A program made the translations under genes and the position numbers. This document shows, one piece after another, positions 1 through 8,305 of a stretch of DNA of 32,000 bases. Source of the DNA: Candidatus Iainarchaeum sp. Lineage in GTDB: Archaea; Iainarchaeota; Iainarchaeia; Iainarchaeales; 0-14-0-20-30-16. The DNA is taken from the NCBI GenBank assembly GCA_028710695.1, contig JAQTTP010000004.1, positions 30,001 to 62,000 on the forward strand, given 5' to 3'. The notes beneath the pieces were generated by a model. The model was not told where the DNA came from and searched no databases. It saw only the letters and a list, made by a program, of their open reading frames with translations. Every line of letters begins with the position of its first letter. Positions within the stretch are counted from its first letter, which is position 1.

Positions 1-2
1 TA

Positions 3-2435
3 ACTAAGAACGATGTTTTAGACACAACAGGCCACGCAGTTCTAGTAAATGGAATTGTAGTTGGTGAAACAGCTCACGTTAGCGATGTTTTAGCTGCAAA
101 CAAATTGTCAACTGAGGTTGCAAAGTTAGCAGTATACACAACTGGCGGAGAAGTAGTACCTGGGGCAGAAACTTGTGTTGATGCAACAGGAACCGTAGAT
201 GACGGCCTAACAGTTAAGAAGAAATTCGTTGGAACTGCTTTAGGAGAAACAAAAGGATCAGATAACTTTGCTGCTGCAGATGTTATTGCAAAAGGTGCAA
301 ATGTTGGAACTGACCTTTTGGCAGATGAAAGTTCAGCAAGCTATAAAGTTGGTGGAACAACATATACATCTTCAATTAGAGAACAAGTAGCTCTTGGTGC
401 TCAAGCATTATTTGATGACAGATATTATGTTGGAGACATGGGCTTAGCTTATGATGCAGAAGACTTTGTATACACAGTGACTTTTGGAGATTTGAACTTT
501 GCTAAAGATACTGCAACAGGCGGATATACAAGCCCATCATGGACAGATGGAACTAATGATAAGGTAGTTATTCCTTTTTTAGGATCAACTTATATGGTGT
601 ATAGTATTAACGATAGTTCAGACCAGATAGTATTAGTAAACGAAAGTTCAGTAAAATCCTATGCTCCTGGTGCAAAGTTAGAAAACTTAGTTGGTAAAGA
701 TGGTAAAGCATATTATGCCACAATAGATGGTGTAGTATATAGTTCTACAGACCCAACTACAGTAAAGATGACTTTGTATAACGCAGAAACTGGCGTTGCA
801 GAGACAGAGAGTACAAAAGTAGCTGAAGGAGAAACTTTTGCAGAAGATTTATTAGATACTGGTGTAGATGTTCACCAAGTTGATAACATAGGTACTTCTG
901 ATGTTCCTGCCTACGATATACAAATATTGTTGGGTGAAGACAAATTAACAATAAAGAACAACGAAGGATTCCCATATGATTCAACAAAAACAAAAACAAA
1001 TACACAGTATGACTGGAAATCAACAATAAGTTTAACTGGTGGTAAATTAACAAATATAGTAATAAAGAACACTGCCAAAAATGATAAAACTTACACAGAA
1101 AAAAGTATGTTAAACGCTGGAGAAACAGCATGGTTATACGGTGACTTTATTGGTGTAAGATTTAGCGGACTAGAATTGCCAGATTATAGTTCATATGTAT
1201 CTACAACTAAAGAAACAACAACAATAGAATTTACTGATGCATTAGAAAACTCAGATAATATGCCTGGTATAAAATACTATGGTACTGATGATGCATTACA
1301 CGAGCTTCCATTCTATTATCAGTTAACTTTGAGTGCTGCAGATGATACTAACCTAGCTGCAACATTTACTATGGATGGCCAAGACAAGATTCTAAAAATA
1401 GTTGCAGAAGCAGATGGTAACTATAGTGTGTACACTGGTACTGGTAGCGATGTTGATGGAGAATATACAATAAAAATAACTGGTGCAACAGACTGGAAAT
1501 ATACTGCAGATGGAGATATTGATATCAATAGTCCATTAGCATTTACAAATAGTGGAGATATAAGCCAATATTATATCTTTGGTTATGACGCTACAAATAG
1601 TGTTGGATGGTTATTCCTGGGGGCAGATGTTCCTTATAACTTGAAGAGTTCAGCAGCATCTTATGGATCATTTGAGTTAGAAGGGTCTGATCAAGCAGTA
1701 GCATCTTCAACAGTAGCTGATGACTTTAACTTCTATTTACCTCACTTAGAAGGAGAAATAGATTCTTTGACATCAATAGCTGCATACACAGATAACCAAA
1801 TTTCAGCTGCTTACTTTAAAGTAGATCAAGATGCAGCAACAGCTAACTCTGGTGAATTTGCGGTGTATATAAACACAGAAACTGGAAAAGCACCATTAGT
1901 TGGTGAAGGTGGATCAACTAATGATATACCAACTGGATCACAAATCAACTATAGTAGTTCAACAACCTTGATAAAGGCCGGTAAAGATACTGGAATAAGC
2001 TGGGCATACAATGCATTCGGAACAAAGTTCGGTGTTGAAAGCGACTTCCCATTCTTTGTAATACCTGAAGCACAAGCATACCCTGAAGTACACATTGTGA
2101 CTGGAACTGCAACAGTAAATGCTGAAGGTCAAGTATGTACTACTGGTCCTGAAACAACAACTCCAAGTGTTGATACTCCATACACTAATGCTACATTACC
2201 TGTAATAGAAGCAGATAAAGCAGGAACAGGTAAATACATAGTAATTGGTGGATGGGCTGTTAATAGTTTGTTCCCTGAAGAATTAACTGCAAACTTAGTT
2301 AAGGAAGGAGACAAAGTATTAGAGACAGTTGCTGGTAACGTAATAGCTGCTGGTTTCACAAAGGAAAACACAGTTGCAGTTGTTGACGAGCTAATTGCTT
2401 TGTTAACTGCTGATGACGTAGTAGTTCCATTGTAA
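3..2435 (+). CDS. S-layer-like surface protein (5' partial; continues upstream of window)
   Basis: This frame is open from the window edge, so the TTG at 105 is only the ORF caller's first start. The N-terminal stretch LVNGIVVGETAHVSDVLAANKL and the C-terminal KYIVIGGWAVNSLFPEELTANL...VVDELIALL resemble the conserved end domains of archaeal S-layer proteins (from memory). The protein is Thr/Ser/Asp/Gly-rich with only two Cys and many N-x-S/T sequons. A hairpin plus oligo-T follows. Confidence 0.65.
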   Translation, partial: TKNDVLDTTGHAVLVNGIVVGETAHVSDVLAANKLSTEVAKLAVYTTGGEVVPGAETCVDATGTVDDGLTVKKKFVGTALGETKGSDNFAAADVIAKGANVGTDLLADESSASYKVGGTTYTSSIREQVALGAQALFDDRYYVGDMGLAYDAEDFVYTVTFGDLNFAKDTATGGYTSPSWTDGTNDKVVIPFLGSTYMVYSINDSSDQIVLVNESSVKSYAPGAKLENLVGKDGKAYYATIDGVVYSSTDPTTVKMTLYNAETGVAETESTKVAEGETFAEDLLDTGVDVHQVDNIGTSDVPAYDIQILLGEDKLTIKNNEGFPYDSTKTKTNTQYDWKSTISLTGGKLTNIVIKNTAKNDKTYTEKSMLNAGETAWLYGDFIGVRFSGLELPDYSSYVSTTKETTTIEFTDALENSDNMPGIKYYGTDDALHELPFYYQLTLSAADDTNLAATFTMDGQDKILKIVAEADGNYSVYTGTGSDVDGEYTIKITGATDWKYTADGDIDINSPLAFTNSGDISQYYIFGYDATNSVGWLFLGADVPYNLKSSAASYGSFELEGSDQAVASSTVADDFNFYLPHLEGEIDSLTSIAAYTDNQISAAYFKVDQDAATANSGEFAVYINTETGKAPLVGEGGSTNDIPTGSQINYSSSTTLIKAGKDTGISWAYNAFGTKFGVESDFPFFVIPEAQAYPEVHIVTGTATVNAEGQVCTTGPETTTPSVDTPYTNATLPVIEADKAGTGKYIVIGGWAVNSLFPEELTANLVKEGDKVLETVAGNVIAAGFTKENTVAVVDELIALLTADDVVVPL

Positions 2436-2440
2436 GAGTA

Positions 2441-2491
2441 AGGAATTAATTTTCCTTTCTTTTTTCTTTTTTTTTATTTATTTACTTTTTT
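2441..2491 (+). terminator. Hairpin (aggaa-ttaatt-ttcct) followed by a long T-rich tract
   Basis: The 5-bp stem at 2441-2445/2452-2456 sits 6 nt after the stop codon. It is followed by ttcttttttctttttttttatttatttacttttttg. Oligo-T tracts are the established archaeal termination signal. Confidence 0.6.
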
Positions 2492-2600
2492 GATTCCTGA
2501 CTTTAATCTCTTAAAATAAGTTCTCATAGACTTAACTTTTTAATTCTTTTATTAAAAATATCTTGTTGCTTGCAAAAGAATTTTTCACAAAAATAAATAA

Positions 2601-2610
2601 AAGTTTATAA
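2601..2610 (+). promoter_or_regulatory. Candidate BRE/TATA (aagtttataa) in the 374-bp AT-rich spacer upstream of the giant gene
   Basis: One-mismatch variant of the AAGGTTTATA motif found upstream of three other transcription units. It lies 200 bp from the ATG, and other TATA-like boxes (2671-2684, 2706-2716) are closer, so the assignment is uncertain. Confidence 0.25.
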
Positions 2611-2809
2611 CCTATATTTATAACTTATAGAGTGATTAAGTTATATATAAAATAACAATTTTTTATCACACACTTTATAAAGTTATCTGCTTTATTATTT
2701 TCGACAAAATATAATTAAACCACATTTTTTGATGGCCAAAAAAATCATATGGTTGTTAGATGTGGTAGTTGCTAAGGAGAAAATAAACTAATCTGTTGGA
2801 GGGTTATAA

Positions 2810-5800
2810 ATGAATAAAAATAGTGTTGGACGAAGTAAATTGAAAAATTTGTTTTTAAGTTTTTTTGTTTTGTTTTTTGTGGTGTTATGCGCAGGCTTTG
2901 TAAGTGCTGCAATAACAAGCATAACAGTAACAGATCCAGATGGTGGTGAATACTGGAGCGGTGACAGGAATATTACCTGGACTGCAGTAGGATGTGCTAC
3001 TGATCTAAACGTTAATATTTATTGGCAGGATGTATCTTTGGGCAATTCAACACAAATTGCTGTGGATGTAAACTGTGAATTACAATATTATCAATGGGAT
3101 ACAACCTCCGTAGCGAATGATACAGATTATAAAATAAAAATTCGTGCATCTGCTGATTCTGAGACTTATGATATTTCAAATGCTGTTTTTATAATTGATA
3201 ACACCGTTCCAACATTAACCCCTGTGACTATTGCTTCCGGTGATAGCAATACTTCTTCAGCAAAAGTAGGTAGTACAATAACATTATCTTTTACTGCAAG
3301 TGAAACATTGTCTGTTTTACCTACAGTAACAATAGCAACACATAGTGTGGTTGCAACAAATACTGGTGGATTAAATTATACAGCAACATATGCTATGGTT
3401 ACTGGTGATTCAACTGGGCTGGTGCCATTTACAATAGATTTTAATGATTTGGCAGGAAATGATGGTGTTCAGGTAGCTGCAACAACTAACTCTAGTTATG
3501 TTATTTTTGATAAAACTGCGCCTACTGTATCTGACGTAAATTCTACTAATACAGATAATAATTACAAGGTGGGCGATGATATTAATATTACAGTTGAGTT
3601 TAGTGAGGCCGTAATTGTAACTGGTACACCATTGATTTTCTTAGAATTGGGTGCAACCGATAGAAATGCAACTTATGAAAGTGGAACCGGTACAACTACT
3701 TTGACTTTTACTTATACAGTACAAGCAGGCGACACAAGTGCTGATTTAGATTATAATGGCACTGGCGCTTTAATTTTGAATAGTGGAACTATAGCTGATG
3801 CTGCCGGTAACACTGCAACTTTAACTTTAGCTGCCCCTGGTGCAGAGGGCTCTTTAGCACACGGTAAAGCAATAGTAATTGATACTACTGCTCCAATTAT
3901 AAGTGGTGTTTATTCTAATGCTACTGCGGCAGGTGTCTTAAAAATAGGTGACACAATAATATTTACTGTAGAAATTGATGTTGACGAAAATGGTTTGACA
4001 ATTCTTCCTGCGGGTTATAATGGTCATGCTTTTGTTCCTAGTTGGGCAAGTGATGATGGAAATTCTTACACAGCAACTTATACTGTTGTAGCTGGTGATG
4101 ACTTAGTTACAGCTTTACAGCTAACTGATGTAAACGCAGAGGATGCTACTGGTAATATTAGTGCTGATGTAAATGGTTCTGATGTAGCAAAAACAATTGA
4201 TGCAACATATCCAACTGTAAGTGATGTAAACTCTACAAAAGATGATGGTTCTTACAAAGCGGGTGTAGATATTAATATTACAGTTGGGTTTAGTGAAGCT
4301 GTAACTGTAACTGGTGCTCCTTTACTTGTTTTAGAATTGGGTGCAACCGACAGGAATGCAATTTATGCAAGTGGTTCTGGCACAACAACTTTAACCTTTA
4401 CTTACACTGTTGAGGCTGGCGACACCAGTAGTGATTTAGATTATAATGCTACTGATGGTTTAGATTTGAATAGTGGGACTATAAAAGATGCTGCAGGCAA
4501 TGCTGCAACTTTAACTTTAGCTGCTCCTGGTGCTGCAGGCTCATTAGCTGATGGTAAAGCAATAGTAATTGATACTACTGCTCCAACTGTATCTGACGTA
4601 AATTCTACTAATACAGATAATAATTACAAGGTGGGTGATGATATTAATATTACAGTTGAATTTACTGAGGCTGTAATTGTAACAGGTACTCCTTTGATTT
4701 ACTTAGAATTAGGTGCCACAGACAGAAATGCAAGTTATGTAAGTGGATCTGGTACAACAACTTTAACTTTTACTTATACAGTACAAACCGGTGATACCTC
4801 TGCAGATTTAGATTATAATGGTACTGGTGCTTTAATTTTGAATAGTGGAACTATAAACGATGCTGCATTGAATAATGCAACATTGACTTTGGCTACTCCT
4901 GGTGACGTAGGCTCTTTAGCACACGGTAAAGCAATAGTAATTGATACTACTGCTCCAATTATAAGTGGTGTTTATTCTAATGCTACTGCGGCAGGTGTCT
5001 TAAAAATAGGTGACACAATAATATTTACTGTAGAAATTGATGTTGACGAAAATGGTTTGACAATTCTTCCTGCGGGTTATAATGGTCATGCTTTTGTTCC
5101 TAGTTGGGCAAGTGATGATGGAAATTCTTACACAGCAACTTATACTGTTGTAGCTGGTGATGACTTAGTTACAGCTTTACAGCTAACTGATGTAAACGCA
5201 GAGGATGCTACTGGTAATATTAGTGCTGATGTAAATGGTTCTGATGTAGCAAAAACAATTGATGCAACATATCCAACTGTAAGTGATGTAAACTCTACAA
5301 AAGATGATGGTTCTTACAAAGCGGGTGTAGATATTAATATTACAGTTGGGTTTAGTGAAGCTGTAACTGTAACTGGTGCTCCTTTACTTGTTTTAGAATT
5401 GGGTGCAACCGACAGGAATGCAATTTATGCAAGTGGTTCTGGCACAACAACTTTAACCTTTACTTACACTGTTGAGGCTGGCGACACCAGTAGTGATTTA
5501 GATTATAATGCTACTGATGGTTTAGATTTGAATAGTGGGACTATAAAAGATGCTGCAGGCAATGCTGCAACTTTAACTTTAGCTGCTCCTGGTGCTGCAG
5601 GCTCATTAGCTGATGGTAAAGCAATAGTAATTGATACTACTGCTCCAACTGTATCTAATGTAACATCTACAAAAGATAATGGTACTTACAAAGCAGGTAC
5701 GGATCTTAACATTACTGTAACTTTTACTCAAGCAGTAACTGTAACTGGCACACCAATTTTAACCTTAAATACTGGTGATATAAATAGAAATGCGCAATAC

Positions 5801-8242
5801 CTTACTGGATCTGGCACAACAACTTTAACTTTTACTTACACTGTCCAAGCCGGTGATACATCCTTAGATTTAGATTATAATGGCACAGATGCTTTAGATT
5901 TGAATAGCGGAACTATAACTGATGCTGCTTTGAATAACGCAACTTTGACATTGGCTACTCCAGGTGCTGCTGGTTCATTAGGTGCCAATAAAGCTTTAGT
6001 AATTGATACTACTGCTCCGATTATTAGTTCAGTAACTTCTAATGCTACTGAAGCAGGTGTTTTGAAGATTGGTGACACAATAATATTTACTGCTGATATA
6101 AGTGTAACTGAAGCAGGTTTAACTCTCCTTCCAACAACTTATAATGGTCAAGTAATAGCATGGGGTACTGTTAATGGTGGAGATACTTACACAGCAACCT
6201 ATACTGTTATAGCTGGTGATGATACTGCAGTAGCTATTCAGTTGACTGATGTAAATGCAACTGATGCTGTAGGTAACATAAGTGCAAATGTAAGCGGCTC
6301 AGATGTAGCTAAGACAATTGATGCAACTAGACCTACTGTACTTGATGTGAACTCAACTAAGGCAGATGGTTATTACAAGGCGGGTGTAGATATTAATATT
6401 ACAGTTGGGTTTAGTGAAGATGTAAATATAACTGGTGCACCATTAATTGTTTTAGAATTAGGTGCTACTGATAGAAATGCGATTTATGTTGATGGTAATG
6501 GTACTGATACCTTAACATTTACTTATACTGTTCAGGCAGGCGATACATCTTTAGATTTAGATTATAACGCTACTGATGGTTTAGATTTGAATGGTGGAAC
6601 TATAACTGATTCAACTGCTGGTAACGCTGCAACTTTGACATTAGCTGCTCCTGGTGCTGCAGGTTCATTAGCCAATGGTAAGGCAATAGTAATTGATACT
6701 ACTGCTCCAACTGTAACTGGTGTTACTCCAGTAACTTTGGCAGATGCGAGTGTAGGAACAGTTGATGTAAATATAACATTCTCAGAAACAATGGATGAGG
6801 CTACTTTAGGAACTATGACTGTGGAAGGTTTAAATGATAGTCCAATAACTATAACTAACAGTTCTTGGGCGAATAGCTCGACTATTTGGCAAGGAACATT
6901 TACCTTTACAGATGATAATGAGGTTGTAACTGATGCATTTTATGGAATATTAGGTGCAAAAGATTTAGCAGGTAATGTAATGAGTACCTTAAGTACAAGA
7001 GGAGAAAATAACGATTTAAATGCAGATACTAACAATCCGACAGTAGCAATAACAATGAGTGATTATGCTTTGAAAGCTGGAGAAACAGCAACAGTAACAT
7101 TTACATTCTCAGAAGCTCCAACTGGATTTGCAGTGGGGGATATAAACTCTCCTAGTGGAGCGATTTCAGGGTTATCTGGAACTACAGTATATACTGCAAC
7201 ATTTACTCCAACTGTAAGTACAACGGATGCAACAAATGTAATCACTGTTGGTACTGACTGGACAGATGCAGCAGGTAATGCTCCTGGCGTATCAACTACA
7301 TCAAGTAATTATGCAGTAGATACTTTATTACCAACAGTTTCTTCTGCGACAGCAGATTCAGATCCGGCAACAGCAGGAGTAATTACAATTACTGTAATAT
7401 TTAGTGAGACAATAGATACTGGAACAAGTCCAACAGTAAGAGTTACTGGTTTGGCTACAAATCCATATTCAGTAACAGAAACAGATTTCAATTCAACAAC
7501 TTGGACTGGAACATTTACTTTGTTAAATAATGATGAGAATGCAACTGCAACAATAACAGTATCCGGGGCAAAAGATGTTGCAGGTAACACAATGACTGCA
7601 AATAATAGTGCAGGAACATTTACTGCTGACACTATTGCTCCAGTAGTAAGTAGTGTTTCCTTTGATAAAGCAACTTACAGGATTACTCCAGATGTAAATG
7701 TAACAGTGACTGTAGTTGAAGACACCACAGCAGCAACAATAACTGTTAATGGTAGTGGTGCAACAGAGGGTGTTAATGGAACTTGGACATATACATTTGC
7801 ACATGGAAAAGCAGTAGTTGGAACATATAGTTTGTTAATAACTGCTACTGATGCCGCAGGAAATAGTAAACAATCTCTTGCTTACTATAATGTCTCTGCT
7901 GCAGATACAACTGGTGATTATAACTATACCCAGAGCTTAAATGTAAACTGGAATACATTGTGGTTACCTCCAAATATAAGTGCTTTAAATGATAGCAACA
8001 CCTCGGTTGCAGGTGTTGTTGGTTATAAGTCTGGAGACCACGGTTATGATAACCACTGGGAATCTGGTGGAGCTTTATGGACAATACTGTATCACTATGA
8101 TTCAGATTCTGCAGAATGGCTTGTTCAGTACCAGGGTGGCGAATCAGAAGGAACTGGGACTTTAACTGATATGAATTCAGATTTACAAAGTCCATATTGG
8201 ATTTACCTGAGTTCTGCTGATAGATTCCAGCTTGATAACTAA
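2810..8242 (+). CDS. Giant secreted surface protein/adhesin (1810 aa) made of tandem Ig-like beta-sandwich repeats
   Basis: GGAGGG lies 8 nt upstream of the ATG. The N-terminal signal peptide is KLKNLFLSFFVLFFVVLCAGFVSA|A. It is followed by a GEYW...ITW...YKIKI domain and then about 118-aa repeats with the motif TLTFTYTVxAGDTSxDLDY...LNxGTIxDAAGNxATLTL...AIVIDTTAP. A second repeat class (VNITFSETMD..., ATVTFTFSEAP...) and a unique W/Y-rich C-terminal domain follow. N-x-S/T sequons are dense and there is no C-terminal TM segment. Confidence 0.9.
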   Translation: MNKNSVGRSKLKNLFLSFFVLFFVVLCAGFVSAAITSITVTDPDGGEYWSGDRNITWTAVGCATDLNVNIYWQDVSLGNSTQIAVDVNCELQYYQWDTTSVANDTDYKIKIRASADSETYDISNAVFIIDNTVPTLTPVTIASGDSNTSSAKVGSTITLSFTASETLSVLPTVTIATHSVVATNTGGLNYTATYAMVTGDSTGLVPFTIDFNDLAGNDGVQVAATTNSSYVIFDKTAPTVSDVNSTNTDNNYKVGDDINITVEFSEAVIVTGTPLIFLELGATDRNATYESGTGTTTLTFTYTVQAGDTSADLDYNGTGALILNSGTIADAAGNTATLTLAAPGAEGSLAHGKAIVIDTTAPIISGVYSNATAAGVLKIGDTIIFTVEIDVDENGLTILPAGYNGHAFVPSWASDDGNSYTATYTVVAGDDLVTALQLTDVNAEDATGNISADVNGSDVAKTIDATYPTVSDVNSTKDDGSYKAGVDINITVGFSEAVTVTGAPLLVLELGATDRNAIYASGSGTTTLTFTYTVEAGDTSSDLDYNATDGLDLNSGTIKDAAGNAATLTLAAPGAAGSLADGKAIVIDTTAPTVSDVNSTNTDNNYKVGDDINITVEFTEAVIVTGTPLIYLELGATDRNASYVSGSGTTTLTFTYTVQTGDTSADLDYNGTGALILNSGTINDAALNNATLTLATPGDVGSLAHGKAIVIDTTAPIISGVYSNATAAGVLKIGDTIIFTVEIDVDENGLTILPAGYNGHAFVPSWASDDGNSYTATYTVVAGDDLVTALQLTDVNAEDATGNISADVNGSDVAKTIDATYPTVSDVNSTKDDGSYKAGVDINITVGFSEAVTVTGAPLLVLELGATDRNAIYASGSGTTTLTFTYTVEAGDTSSDLDYNATDGLDLNSGTIKDAAGNAATLTLAAPGAAGSLADGKAIVIDTTAPTVSNVTSTKDNGTYKAGTDLNITVTFTQAVTVTGTPILTLNTGDINRNAQYLTGSGTTTLTFTYTVQAGDTSLDLDYNGTDALDLNSGTITDAALNNATLTLATPGAAGSLGANKALVIDTTAPIISSVTSNATEAGVLKIGDTIIFTADISVTEAGLTLLPTTYNGQVIAWGTVNGGDTYTATYTVIAGDDTAVAIQLTDVNATDAVGNISANVSGSDVAKTIDATRPTVLDVNSTKADGYYKAGVDINITVGFSEDVNITGAPLIVLELGATDRNAIYVDGNGTDTLTFTYTVQAGDTSLDLDYNATDGLDLNGGTITDSTAGNAATLTLAAPGAAGSLANGKAIVIDTTAPTVTGVTPVTLADASVGTVDVNITFSETMDEATLGTMTVEGLNDSPITITNSSWANSSTIWQGTFTFTDDNEVVTDAFYGILGAKDLAGNVMSTLSTRGENNDLNADTNNPTVAITMSDYALKAGETATVTFTFSEAPTGFAVGDINSPSGAISGLSGTTVYTATFTPTVSTTDATNVITVGTDWTDAAGNAPGVSTTSSNYAVDTLLPTVSSATADSDPATAGVITITVIFSETIDTGTSPTVRVTGLATNPYSVTETDFNSTTWTGTFTLLNNDENATATITVSGAKDVAGNTMTANNSAGTFTADTIAPVVSSVSFDKATYRITPDVNVTVTVVEDTTAATITVNGSGATEGVNGTWTYTFAHGKAVVGTYSLLITATDAAGNSKQSLAYYNVSAADTTGDYNYTQSLNVNWNTLWLPPNISALNDSNTSVAGVVGYKSGDHGYDNHWESGGALWTILYHYDSDSAEWLVQYQGGESEGTGTLTDMNSDLQSPYWIYLSSADRFQLDN
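3848..4594 (+). repeat. Perfect 747-bp direct repeat, copy 1
   Basis: Compared line by line with 4910-5656. I found no mismatch, and the offset is exactly 1062 bp. Confidence 0.85.
4910..5656 (+). repeat. Perfect 747-bp direct repeat, copy 2
   Basis: Identical to 3848-4594 by eye. Identity stops sharply on both sides. Confidence 0.85.
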
Positions 8243-8252
8243 CCCAAAAATA

Positions 8253-8290
8253 ATGTTCACAAAAAGTGAACATTTTTTTTTATTTTTATA
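8253..8290 (+). terminator. Hairpin atgttcac-aaaaa-gtgaacat followed by T9
   Basis: Perfect 8-bp stem at 8253-8260/8266-8273, starting 11 nt after the stop codon and running into tttttttttatttttat. Confidence 0.75.
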
Positions 8291-8305
8291 TTTTGAGGTG
8301 TATAT

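Larger units (their letters stand above)
3515..6712 (+). repeat. Three tandem in-frame super-repeat units of about 1062 bp (354 codons; three 118-aa domains each, A-B-A')
   Basis: Unit boundaries fall at the recurring ...attgatactactgctcca(act/att)... (IDTTAP) junctions: about 3515, 4577, 5639 and 6712. Units 1 and 2 are partly identical. Unit 3 is clearly diverged at both protein and DNA level. Confidence 0.9.

Noticed and set aside
3515-6712. Regular long repeats that might be a CRISPR array or a diversity-generating retroelement VR/TR pair
   Set aside because: The repeats are contiguous, in frame and coding (a 1062-bp period with no spacers), so this is not CRISPR. Mismatches between the diverged parts of units 1 and 2 are mostly synonymous third-position changes of all base types, not adenine-specific. 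No reverse transcriptase gene is in the window, so there is no support for a DGR.
757-8273. Antisense ORFs within the S-layer and giant genes (757-1131, 2129-2371, 5875-6078, 7063-7245, 7309-7632, 7523-7804, 7845-8273, all minus)
   Set aside because: They lie fully inside strongly supported plus-strand genes. Their translations are low-complexity (L/C/Y/S/V-rich), with no SD or promoter context. These are typical shadow ORFs.
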